Assembly: GCF_013149785.1 (NCBI RefSeq)
Contig: NZ_JABEZU010000001.1
Coordinates: 1,054,001-1,118,000, forward strand
Length of the DNA: 64,000 nt
Source of the DNA: Isoptericola halotolerans
GTDB taxonomy: Bacteria > Actinomycetota > Actinomycetes > Actinomycetales > Cellulomonadaceae
Direction: 5' to 3'
Made by a program: the position numbers and the translations under genes. Below the pieces are notes generated by a model. It worked only from the letters and a program-made list of their open reading frames with translations. It made no database searches and was not told the origin of the DNA. Positions within the stretch are counted from its first letter, which is position 1. Every line of letters starts with the position of its first letter. This document shows positions 1-8,342 of the stretch, in pieces.

Positions 1-675
1 GGCGGGGTCGGCGACGCGGGCGTCCGCCCACCCGCTGATGCTGGTCACCCGCTGACCGGTCACGAGCACCTGGTCGGGTGCGAGGTCGCCGTGCACCACC
101 ACGGGCTGGAAGCGCCACAGGCTCACGTCCTCCAGCGCCGTCTCCCACCGACGCAGCAGGTCACGGGGGACGCGACGGGTCGCGGCGGCCTCGTCGAGCT
201 CCACGAGCCGGCGCTCCCGGTACTCGGCCGAGGTGTACGACGGCATCCCGCACGCCTCGACGAGCGCGGTCGGCAGCTCGTGGACGGCGGCGAGGGTCCG
301 GCCGAGGTCAGCCGCCAGGCCGGGGCCAGGGTGCAGCGCCGAGACGTCGAGCGGCGCACCGCCGAGCCGCTGGTGGACGACGGCGCGGCCTCCCTCGGGC
401 AGCAGGGCCGAGCCGGCGATGCGCGGCACGGCGAACGGCAGCACACCGGCGTCGACGTAGAGGTGCAGCGCCTCGAGGAGCTCGATCTCGGCCTCGAGGG
501 CAGCCCCGGCCAGAGCCGTCGTCGGTGCGCGGACCATCCACTCGTCGCCGGTGCCCGCCGTCACGACGGCGACGTCGTAGTCGCCGGGCACGTCCTCGTG
601 CCGCACGGTCCGGGCGTCGAGGCCGGGGACGGCGGCCGTCGACAACGCGGCGAGGGCGAGCTGGCTGCGGGGCAC
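1..675 (-). CDS. Aminoglycoside/macrolide phosphotransferase (APH) family protein, 3' end beyond window
   Basis: Hand translation of the minus strand: MPRSQLALAALSTAAVPGLD...LWRFQPVVVHGDLAPDQVLV (Brenner HGD motif). GTG at 675 has TACGGT -10 six nt upstream. Not in the ORF track because it runs off the window. Confidence 0.8.
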   Translation of the reverse strand, partial: MPRSQLALAALSTAAVPGLDARTVRHEDVPGDYDVAVVTAGTGDEWMVRAPTTALAGAALEAEIELLEALHLYVDAGVLPFAVPRIAGSALLPEGGRAVVHQRLGGAPLDVSALHPGPGLAADLGRTLAAVHELPTALVEACGMPSYTSAEYRERRLVELDEAAATRRVPRDLLRRWETALEDVSLWRFQPVVVHGDLAPDQVLVTGQRVTSISGWADARVADPA

Positions 676-749
676 CTGCCCACCGTAGTGCGGTCACCTG
701 CCCGGGCCGGGCTGCGCGACCGGGCGTGTCCTGGCGTACGGTCGCTGCC

Positions 750-1700
750 GTGCACCCCCTCGAGCTCCCGTTCTCCCGCGCCGGACACGATCGCGCGGCC
801 CACCGCCGGGCCGAGCCGGACCTCGTGGAGCGGCTGCGCGCCGACCCGCGCACCCGGGTGCTGGTGCTGCGGGGTGGCCGCCTCGCCGTCGTCGGGCAGG
901 AGCCGCAGCGTGTCGCCCTGCTGCCGGCCGACGAGCCGGCCCGCGGTGCCGACGGGTCGTGGGCGTTCCTCGGCGAGGCGGACGGGGCCTCCTACCTCTC
1001 CCTCGTCCTGCCCGACGGCGACGAGGGGCCGCCGCAGGGAGCCGACGGGTGGGCAGGTCTGCGGCAGGTCGTGCTCGGGCAGTCCGCCGCTCTCGCGGCG
1101 GCGGAGCCGGACGTGGTGCTGGTCCACGGGCTCTCGGTGGCGGCCGTCGCGCTGGCGGGATGGCACGCCACCCACCGCAGGTGCGGGCGCTGCGGGGCCG
1201 AGACGACCGTCGTCCAGGCGGGCTGGGCACGGCGCTGCGCCGTCGACGACCGGGAGACGTACCCGCGCACGGACCCGGCGGTGATCATGGCCGTGGTGGA
1301 CGACGCCGACAGGCTGCTGCTCGGGCATGCCGCCACCTGGCCGACGGGGCGGTTCTCGACGCTCGCCGGGTTCGTCGAGGCCGGCGAGGCGCCCGAGGAC
1401 TCGGTGCGACGCGAGGTGGCGGAGGAGACCGGGGTGATGGTGGGCACGGCGCCCGGCGACGTCGTCTACCGGGGCAGCCAGGCGTGGCCGTTCCCGTCCT
1501 CCCTCATGCTCGGCTTCCGGGCACGGGCGGTGTCGACGGCGGTGCAGACCGACGACGAGGAGGTCACCGACGCGCGGTGGTTCACGCGGGACGACCTGCT
1601 CGCCGAGGTCACCTCGGGGGCTGTCGGCCTGCCGGGGCGGCACTCGATCGCTCGTGCCCTGATCGAGGAGTGGTACGGCGCGGAGCTGCCGGTCGTCTGA
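750..1700 (+). CDS. nudC: NAD(+) diphosphatase NudC
   Basis: Zn-finger CGRCG, YPRTDPAVI, Nudix box GFVEAGEAPEDSVRREVAEETG, SQAWPFPSSLM signature. Start set at GTG 750 after TACGGT (737-742). Confidence 0.93.
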   Translation: MHPLELPFSRAGHDRAAHRRAEPDLVERLRADPRTRVLVLRGGRLAVVGQEPQRVALLPADEPARGADGSWAFLGEADGASYLSLVLPDGDEGPPQGADGWAGLRQVVLGQSAALAAAEPDVVLVHGLSVAAVALAGWHATHRRCGRCGAETTVVQAGWARRCAVDDRETYPRTDPAVIMAVVDDADRLLLGHAATWPTGRFSTLAGFVEAGEAPEDSVRREVAEETGVMVGTAPGDVVYRGSQAWPFPSSLMLGFRARAVSTAVQTDDEEVTDARWFTRDDLLAEVTSGAVGLPGRHSIARALIEEWYGAELPVV

Positions 1701-1708
1701 GGGCCGGC

Positions 1709-1975
1709 TCAGCGCGCCAGCGCCGCCTGGACGTCCGCGAGGGACGGGTTCGTGGCGGCCGAACCGTCCGGGTAGACGACGGTCGGCACGGTCCGGTTGC
1801 CGCCGTTGACCTGCTCGACGTACTCGGCAGTCTCCGGCTGCTCCTCGATGTCGATCACCGTGTAGCCGATGCCGACGGAGCCGAGCTGGGTGCGCAGCCG
1901 GCGGCAGTACCCGCACCAGGCGGTCGAGTACATGGTGACGGTGCCGTGGTCCGGCAGAGCGGGGCGGGCGGTCAT
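1709..1975 (-). CDS. mrx1: Mycoredoxin (glutaredoxin-like)
   Basis: TMYSTAWCGYCRRL and NGGNRTVPTV motifs; usual position between nudC and uvrD2. Confidence 0.9.
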   Translation of the reverse strand: MTARPALPDHGTVTMYSTAWCGYCRRLRTQLGSVGIGYTVIDIEEQPETAEYVEQVNGGNRTVPTVVYPDGSAATNPSLADVQAALAR

Positions 1976-2033
1976 CGAGGTCTCCTGTGGACGGCGGGGT
2001 GGGTGTCGGCGACGCCTGCGACAATCGCAGACG

Positions 2034-4070
2034 ATGTCAGCTCTGACCAACTCCCCGGACGTCCCGCTTCATCCCGACGCCATCCTGGAGGCTCTCGACC
2101 CCGAGCAGCGCGACGTCGCGCTCGCCCTGGCGGGTCCGGTCTGCGTGCTCGCGGGTGCGGGGACCGGCAAGACCCGCGCGATCACCCATCGCATCGCCTA
2201 CGGCGTGCGGACGGGGGCCTACCCGCCCACCTCGGTGCTCGCGGTGACCTTCACGGCGCGGGCGGCGGGGGAGATGCGCACCCGGCTGCGCGAGCTGGGC
2301 GTGGCCGGGGTGCAGGCGCGGACGTTCCACGCCGCGGCGCTGCGCCAGCTCGGCTACTTCTGGCCGCGGATCGTCGGCGGAGCCCCGCCGCAGATCATGG
2401 AGCACAAGGCGCCCGCGGTCGCGGAGGCGGCGCGCCGCATCGGGGCGAGCGTGGACCGCGTGGCCGTCCGCGACCTGTCCAGCGAGGTGGAGTGGGCCAA
2501 GGTGTCGCTGGTCACCGCCGAGGACTACGTCAAGGCGGCCGCGGCCGACGACCGCCCCGCGCCGTCGGGCTACGACCACCAGACCGTCGCCCGGCTCGTC
2601 GCCGCGTACGAGGACGTCAAGACCGAGCGCGGCGTCATCGACTTCGAGGACGTGCTGCTCATGCTCGCGGACATGCTCGGCTCGCACCCGCACGTGGCCG
2701 ACCAGGTGCGGTCGCAGTACCGGCACTTCGTCGTCGACGAGTTCCAGGACGTCTCGCCGCTGCAGCAGTTCCTGCTCGACCAGTGGTTGGGGGGTCGCAA
2801 GGAGCTGTGCGTCGTGGGGGACCCCTCCCAGACCATCTACTCCTTCACGGGTGCGACGCCGCACTACCTGCTGGACTTCACGCGCACGTACCGCGACGCC
2901 CACGTGGTCCGCCTGGTGCGGGACTACCGGTCCACGCCGCAGGTGGTGCACCTGGCCAACGACGTGCTGCGGCGCGGCCGGGTGACCGGGGCGCTGGAGC
3001 TCGTGGCCCAGCGTCCGGCCGGACCGCCCGTGCGCTTCACCACGTACGACGACGACGAGTCCGAGGCGGCGGGGATCGCTGCCCGTGCCGCGCGGCTCGT
3101 CGCCGACGGTGTGCGAGCCAGCGAGATCGCGGTGCTGTACCGGACGAACGCGCAGTCCGCGGCGTTCGAGTCCGCGCTGTCCGACGCCGGGGTCAGCTAC
3201 CAGGTGCGTGGCGGCGCACGCTTCTTCCAGCGGCGGGACGTGCGCGACGCCGTCGTGCTGCTGCGTGGCGCCGCGCGGTCCGCCGACCCGGACCAGCCCA
3301 TGCCCGAGCAGGTGCGTGACGTGCTGCTGTCCGCGGGCTGGTCCGAGAAGTCGCCGGCGGTGCGCGGCGCCACGCGCGAGCGGTGGGAGGCGATGCAGGC
3401 GCTGGTCGGGCTGGCCGACGACCTCGCGTCGGCTGCGCCCGAGGACGCCCCCGCCACCCTGGCGAACCTGGTGGACGAGCTCGCCGAGCGCGCGTCCGCG
3501 CAGCACGCCCCGACGGTGGACGGCGTGACGTTGGCCTCGCTGCACGCGGCGAAGGGGCTGGAGTGGGATGCGGTGTTCCTCGCGGGGATGAGCGAGGGGT
3601 TGATGCCGATCTCCCTGGTGGAGACGGACGAGGGCGTCGCCGAGGAGCGTCGCCTGCTCTACGTCGGCGTCACACGCGCGCGCGAGCACCTCGACATCTC
3701 CTACGCGCGCTCGCGGAACCCCGGTGGGCGAGCGACGCGCAAGCGCACCCGGTTCCTCGACGGCATCTGGCCCGACGACGGCCGCGGCACACGCTCCCGG
3801 CCGTCGAAGGGTCAGGCCCGAGCCCGGCTGTCCGAGCAGGCCGACGTCCAGCTCTTCGACGCGCTGCGCGACTGGCGGCTGTCCGTCGCGCGCGAGACGG
3901 ACAAGCCCGCCTACACGGTGCTGGGCGACGCCACCCTGGCGGCGATCGCCGAGCTGCGGCCGACCTCGACGGCCCAGCTGGCGCGGATCAACGGCATCGG
4001 TCCCGCGAAGATCGATCGCTACGGCCCGACCCTGATCAGCCTGGTCGAGGCGGCTTCACCGGGAGCCTGA
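2034..4070 (+). CDS. uvrD2: ATP-dependent DNA helicase UvrD2 with C-terminal HRDC domain
   Basis: AGAGTGKT Walker A, VDEFQD, SLHAAKGLEW, EERRLLYVGVTRA; HRDC tail (LRDWRLSVARETDKPAYTV...GIGPAKIDRYG). Confidence 0.95.
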   Translation: MSALTNSPDVPLHPDAILEALDPEQRDVALALAGPVCVLAGAGTGKTRAITHRIAYGVRTGAYPPTSVLAVTFTARAAGEMRTRLRELGVAGVQARTFHAAALRQLGYFWPRIVGGAPPQIMEHKAPAVAEAARRIGASVDRVAVRDLSSEVEWAKVSLVTAEDYVKAAAADDRPAPSGYDHQTVARLVAAYEDVKTERGVIDFEDVLLMLADMLGSHPHVADQVRSQYRHFVVDEFQDVSPLQQFLLDQWLGGRKELCVVGDPSQTIYSFTGATPHYLLDFTRTYRDAHVVRLVRDYRSTPQVVHLANDVLRRGRVTGALELVAQRPAGPPVRFTTYDDDESEAAGIAARAARLVADGVRASEIAVLYRTNAQSAAFESALSDAGVSYQVRGGARFFQRRDVRDAVVLLRGAARSADPDQPMPEQVRDVLLSAGWSEKSPAVRGATRERWEAMQALVGLADDLASAAPEDAPATLANLVDELAERASAQHAPTVDGVTLASLHAAKGLEWDAVFLAGMSEGLMPISLVETDEGVAEERRLLYVGVTRAREHLDISYARSRNPGGRATRKRTRFLDGIWPDDGRGTRSRPSKGQARARLSEQADVQLFDALRDWRLSVARETDKPAYTVLGDATLAAIAELRPTSTAQLARINGIGPAKIDRYGPTLISLVEAASPGA

Positions 4071-4091
4071 GCGGGACACGAGAAGTCGTCC

Positions 4092-4141
4092 GAAAAAAAG
4101 TCGGAAAAAGATGTGGCGAGCCCGGCGTGGGCGTCTATGCT
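4092..4141 (+). promoter_or_regulatory. Putative WhiB7-autoregulated promoter: A-rich AT-hook site, -35 GTGGCG, -10 TATGCT
   Basis: A-tracts (gaaaaaaagtcggaaaaagat) directly upstream of GTGGCG (4113-4118), 17-nt spacer, TATGCT (4136-4141); matches known whiB7/wblC promoter architecture. Confidence 0.7.
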
Positions 4142-4212
4142 CGTCATGACCGAGTTGGAGCGGTGCCTGCCGAGAGGCAGGGACCCGAGATGACGAAGGA
4201 GGTGGGCACGAG

Positions 4213-4383
4213 ATGGACATCAAGACGACGCAGCTGATGGGCGGCACGTACGTCGCGGCAGGGGACACCTCTGCCCTGGGCGCACTCGTGCCGGCCTTCC
4301 GCATCCGTACGCGTCACGGCGCTGGGGCTTCCCTCGTCGATCTCGCACCCGACTCCGTCTCCTGGAGACCACCGGTCATCTGA
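4213..4383 (+). CDS. whiB7 leader peptide (uORF), 56 aa
   Basis: Strong SD (gaaggaggtg) then MDIKTTQLMGGTYVAAGDTSALGALVPAFRIRTRHGAGASLVDLAPDSVSWRPPVI*; stop lies just before the attenuator hairpin. Confidence 0.75.
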   Translation: MDIKTTQLMGGTYVAAGDTSALGALVPAFRIRTRHGAGASLVDLAPDSVSWRPPVI

Positions 4384-4390
4384 CCGATCC

Positions 4391-4431
4391 AGGCCGCGGA
4401 GTCCACCGGGACCCGCGGCCTTCGTCATCTC
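4391..4431 (+). terminator. whiB7 leader attenuator (intrinsic terminator-like hairpin)
   Basis: aggccgcgg-a-gtcc-accg-ggac-ccgcggcct followed by tcgtcatct; 4419-4431 is the exact complement of 4187-4199. Confidence 0.75.
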
Positions 4432-4549
4432 CCCACCGGGAGAGCGGCCATCGTTGGCCGGACGATCCGTCCCTCTCACAGCAGAGGGTCGTCCGCAGGT
4501 CCTGAACACCGACGTTCACACCACACCCAGGACCTGACGGAGGAACATC

Positions 4550-4921
4550 GTGCGTCTCGCACAGCTGTTGGACGAGCGGCTGCTCGACGCTACCCCCGCC
4601 GGTGGCACCAGTCGCTGGACCCCCCATCAACCGGTGGCGCAGAGCCCCGAGGAGGCCGCCGAGCTCGAACGGCAGTTCGCGGCCCTCCTGCCCTGCCGTA
4701 CCAACGACCCCGAGCTCTGGTTCGCCGAGCACACCGACCAGGTGGAACGGGCCAAGGCGCTCTGTCGCGCCTGCCCGCTGCAGCGTGGCTGCCTGGCTGG
4801 CGCCCTCGAGCGGTCGGAGCCGTGGGGAGTCTGGGGCGGCGAGGTGTTCGTCGACGGCGTCGTCGTCGCCCGTAAGCGGGGACGTGGGCGCCCTCGCAAG
4901 ACCGACCAGGCGGCCGCCTGA
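4550..4921 (+). CDS. whiB7: WhiB7/WblC transcriptional regulator
   Basis: Four Cys (PC...C-x2-C-x5-C), DPELWFAE, EPWGVWGGE, C-terminal AT-hook RGRGRPRK; downstream of uvrD2. Confidence 0.92.
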   Translation: MRLAQLLDERLLDATPAGGTSRWTPHQPVAQSPEEAAELERQFAALLPCRTNDPELWFAEHTDQVERAKALCRACPLQRGCLAGALERSEPWGVWGGEVFVDGVVVARKRGRGRPRKTDQAAA

Positions 4922-4929
4922 ACCGATCC

Positions 4930-4962
4930 GATGCCCCGCGAGGTCGTACCTCGCGGGGCATC
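4930..4962. terminator. Bidirectional terminator-like hairpin between convergent genes
   Basis: Perfect 15-bp stem gatgccccgcgaggt-cgt-acctcgcggggcatc. Confidence 0.75.
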
Positions 4963-4979
4963 CCCATCCCCGAGACCGG

Positions 4980-6032
4980 CTAGCCCGGTGGCGTCGTGCA
5001 CGGGCAGGCCGGGTGCACCGGTACCGGTCGGACCCGCGGGAGCGCCTCCGGGAGCGTCACCTCGACCACGGCGCCGGCCGAGGCCGGCCGCGCACCGTCG
5101 AGATGGGCCAGCACCTGGCCCGTCACGAGGGCAGCGGCAGTGACGGACAGCACCGTCTCCTGCCCGGGGTCGCCCGGCACCTCGGCGAGCTGGCCGACCA
5201 TCGACGGCCAGCGGCCGTCGGCGTCGGTGGCGTGCCGGTGCCAGCAGGCCGTGCACGCGGTGGTGCCGGGCAGCACGAACGGCCCAAGCGTCACGTCGGC
5301 CTCTCCGACGACCACCGGCAGGTGGGGGATGTCGGAGCTCATCAGCAGGGTGAACGTCTCCGGTCGGGCGACCCGGTCGCTGACCACCACGACGGCGTCC
5401 GGAGGTTCGTCCTCGTGCCACGTCCTGGCCACGGTCGTGCGCGGGTACCGGGTCCGGAGCGCCTCCTGGAGGCGGCCTGCGCGGCGGCAGCCCACGTCCG
5501 TCTGCCGGTAGGTCCCCGTCCCGAGGTCCGTGAGCCGGACCGAGGAGTCGTCGTCGAGCAGGAGCGTGCCGACGCCGGCGGTCGCGAGGTGAGCGGCGAC
5601 CAGGGCGCCGATCCGACCGAGTCCGCTCACCCCGACCGAGCGCAGGGCGCGCTTCGCCAACGTCACCATGCCACCGCCGTCGGGCAGCAGCGCGCCCAGC
5701 ACCGGGGCGTCTGCCGCCCCGCCCGCCGTCGAGAGCACGTCGGGCGTGCGCCGGGCGGGGCGGACGAGGAAGCCGCAGCCGGCGAGCAGGGCGCCGATCT
5801 CCTCGCGCCGGTCCTCGTCGACCCCGAAGCGGGCGGCGGTGCGCTCGAGGGAGGCGTGCGGGGTGCCGGCGGTGGCCGCGAGCCAGCGGGACTCGGCCTC
5901 GTCGAGCCCCGACAGGACGAGCGACCAGCGTGGGTCGGTGCCGAGCTGGACCTCCCCACGGCCCCGGTCCAGCACCGGTGCCCCGGGTCGCAGCCTCAGC
6001 TCGGCCGGGCGGGGCCCGCTGGTTGATGCCAT
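4980..6032 (-). CDS. ThiF/E1-like protein (Rv3196-like, TOMM leader-binding annotation family)
   Basis: GLGRIG Rossmann motif, LATAGVGTLLLDD, GPFVLPGTTACTAC and terminal HPACPC; N-terminal VQLGTDP. Confidence 0.75.
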   Translation of the reverse strand: MASTSGPRPAELRLRPGAPVLDRGRGEVQLGTDPRWSLVLSGLDEAESRWLAATAGTPHASLERTAARFGVDEDRREEIGALLAGCGFLVRPARRTPDVLSTAGGAADAPVLGALLPDGGGMVTLAKRALRSVGVSGLGRIGALVAAHLATAGVGTLLLDDDSSVRLTDLGTGTYRQTDVGCRRAGRLQEALRTRYPRTTVARTWHEDEPPDAVVVVSDRVARPETFTLLMSSDIPHLPVVVGEADVTLGPFVLPGTTACTACWHRHATDADGRWPSMVGQLAEVPGDPGQETVLSVTAAALVTGQVLAHLDGARPASAGAVVEVTLPEALPRVRPVPVHPACPCTTPPG

Positions 6033-6074
6033 GCAGGCACGATGGCACGTGGTCGCTCAGGTCCGCCGAGTCCC

Positions 6075-6089
6075 TCCACAGGGTGTGGA
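6075..6089. promoter_or_regulatory. Palindromic motif TCCACA-N3-TGTGGA (copy 1)
   Basis: tccaca-ggg-tgtgga, beginning 43 nt from the start of the minus-strand ThiF-like gene. Confidence 0.5.
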
Positions 6090-6174
6090 CCGGGTGCCAG
6101 GACGACGGGGTGCCGCCCGGCGCCGGCGTGTGTCACGGCTCACGGTTCAGGCCTGCTCCCGGTATGGTCAGGGT

Positions 6175-6723
6175 GTGGCCCGCGACACGTTGCCGTCCGT
6201 CGAGGTCCGGCGGAGCCGTCGTCGGACTGCGACGGTCAGCGCCTTCCGCGACGGCGATCGCACCGTCGTGGCCATCCCCGCGCGCTTCTCGCGCGCTCAG
6301 GAACGCGAGTGGGTCGAGAAGATGGTCGCCCGGCTCGAGGACAAGGAGCGCCGCCGCCGCCCCTCGGACGCCGAGCTCATGGAGCGGGCGCAGGACCTGT
6401 CGGTGAAGTACCTGGACGGCCGCGCGCGCGCCACGAGCGTGCGATGGGTCAGCAACCAGGAACGACGCTGGGGGTCGTGCACGCTGGTCGATGCCTCGAT
6501 CAGACTCTCGACGCGTCTGCAGGGCATGCCCGAGTGGGTCATCGACTACGTGCTGCTGCACGAGCTCGCACACCTGCTGCACGCCGGGCACGGGCCCGAC
6601 TTCTGGAAGCTGCTGGAGACCTACCCGCGCACCGAACGAGCCCGGGGGTTTCTCGAGGGCGTCGCGTTCACCAGCGACGGCTCACGCGAGGAGGACGCCG
6701 ACTCCGGCTCGTCGGCGTCCTGA
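6175..6723 (+). CDS. M48/DUF45 (YgjP-like) metallopeptidase-family protein
   Basis: VEVRRSRRR, RWGSCT, DYVLLHELAHL...HGPDFW; leaderless GTG after TATGGT. Confidence 0.88.
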   Translation: MARDTLPSVEVRRSRRRTATVSAFRDGDRTVVAIPARFSRAQEREWVEKMVARLEDKERRRRPSDAELMERAQDLSVKYLDGRARATSVRWVSNQERRWGSCTLVDASIRLSTRLQGMPEWVIDYVLLHELAHLLHAGHGPDFWKLLETYPRTERARGFLEGVAFTSDGSREEDADSGSSAS

Positions 6724-6732
6724 CCCCCCGCC

Positions 6733-8208
6733 TCAGTCGTCGCGTCCCGTCGCCGGGTCGTCGCCGGAGACGTCGTCCGCCTGCCGGGAGGGGTCGGACG
6801 ACGGTCCGGAGGACTCCGAGAAGATCTGCGCGAGCGCCTCGTCCACGTCGGCGTGCTCCTCGGCCTGCGCCGTGCGCCGGTCCGCGTAGCCCGCCGGGTT
6901 GTCGAGGTCTGCCGTGTCCGGCAGCAGGTCGGGGTGGTCCCACACGGCGTCACGTGCCTCCGCGCCACCGGTGGCGAGCAGGTGGGCGAAGAGCGCTGCG
7001 GCGTCCCGGGACCGGCGCGGTCGTAGCTCGAGACCGACCAGCGACCGGAACGTGTGCTCCGCAGGGCCCCCGGCGGCACGCCGGCGGCGGATCATCTCCC
7101 GCAACGGGACCGAGTGCGGCAGGTGCGGCAACGAGGCGGTGGCCGCGACCTCGGAGACCCATCCCTCGACGAGGGCGAGCGCCGTCTCCAGACGCAGCAG
7201 CGTCGCCTGCTGCTCCTCGGTGTTGTGCAGGCCGAACACGTCGCCCGACAGGGCCCCGCGCAGCGACTCCGCGTCCGACATGTCGATGTCACGGACCTGC
7301 TGCTCCAGCGCGTCGAGGTCGATCCGGATGCCCCGGGCGTACTGCTCGACCAGGGCGTGCAGGTGCGCGCGCAGCCAGGGCACGTGCACGAAGAGGCGTG
7401 CGTGCGCGGCCTCGCGGACCGCCATGTAGAGCTGGACCTCGTCGAAGGGGGAGTCGAGGCCGTCCGCGAAGGCCCGGACGTTCGAGGGGACGAGCACCGT
7501 GGCCGGCTCGCCCAGCAGCGGGACCCCGACGTCCGTGGCGCCGAAGACCTCCCGGGACAGGGTGCCGGCGGCCTGGCCGACCTGCATGCCGTAGACGGCC
7601 GAGCCGAGGCTGCGCATCATCGTGGCCGGGTCCAGGCCGCTCAGGCTCCCCCCGGGGAACACCGGCAGGCCGGGCATCCCGGGCAGCTCGAGACCGGCCG
7701 CGGCGTCGTCACCGAGCTGGTCTCCGAGCACCGTGGCGAGCGCGTCGGCGGCCGAGGCCGCGACGGGCGCCACGAGCTGCTGCCAGGCCGGCAGGGTCGC
7801 CTCGACCCACTCGCTGCGGCTCCAGGCCCGGGTGGGCCCTCCCGAGGGCGGCAGGTCGGTCGCGGCGTCGAGCCACAGCTCGGCGACGCTCAGCGCCTCC
7901 CGGGCCGAGCGGGCCTGCGCCGCCGTCAGCGACGGGTCACCCTCGGCGACGGCCACCTGACGGGCCAGGTCGTGCGCGACCTCCGTGTTCACCGGACCGT
8001 CCCCCGAGGTGAACAGGCGCTCGAGCTGGTTCATCAGGTGCTGCATGGTCGCGGGGTCGGGGGCCTTGCCCCCCAGCAGGGCGGCGGGATCGAGTCCCTG
8101 GCTGCGCATCTGGTCGAGCACCTCGTCGGTCCGTTCGCCGAAGATGCCGTGCAGGGCGTCGCGGAGCGCGCGCTCGCGCTCCTCGGGGTCGTCGGGCAGC
8201 TCGCTCAT
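6733..8208 (-). CDS. Zinc-dependent metalloprotease-like protein (DUF2342)
   Basis: AWSRSEWVEAT, REAAHARLF, LETALALVEGWV, RRRAAGGPAE, WDHPDLLP. Confidence 0.88.
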   Translation of the reverse strand: MSELPDDPEERERALRDALHGIFGERTDEVLDQMRSQGLDPAALLGGKAPDPATMQHLMNQLERLFTSGDGPVNTEVAHDLARQVAVAEGDPSLTAAQARSAREALSVAELWLDAATDLPPSGGPTRAWSRSEWVEATLPAWQQLVAPVAASAADALATVLGDQLGDDAAAGLELPGMPGLPVFPGGSLSGLDPATMMRSLGSAVYGMQVGQAAGTLSREVFGATDVGVPLLGEPATVLVPSNVRAFADGLDSPFDEVQLYMAVREAAHARLFVHVPWLRAHLHALVEQYARGIRIDLDALEQQVRDIDMSDAESLRGALSGDVFGLHNTEEQQATLLRLETALALVEGWVSEVAATASLPHLPHSVPLREMIRRRRAAGGPAEHTFRSLVGLELRPRRSRDAAALFAHLLATGGAEARDAVWDHPDLLPDTADLDNPAGYADRRTAQAEEHADVDEALAQIFSESSGPSSDPSRQADDVSGDDPATGRDD

Positions 8209-8342
8209 CGCAGTCCTCGGCTCCTTCCGGTACGGCGTGTGCCGTACGTTCACGGTATCCGTGTCCGACGACGGGGTGCGGGCACGAGTTCCTTCGTTCG
8301 CTCACGGCGCACCGACCGGCGGGGATCGGCGATGATGGGCCG

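Noticed and set aside
4980..6723. ThiF-like protein plus peptidases as a RiPP/TOMM cluster
   Set aside because: No YcaO, dehydrogenase or precursor peptide; this is the conserved actinobacterial block beside whiB7.
8230..8247. Small palindrome gtacggc-gtgt-gccgtac upstream of the DUF2342 gene
   Set aside because: A 7-bp GC-rich stem is expected by chance; no second copy or other support.
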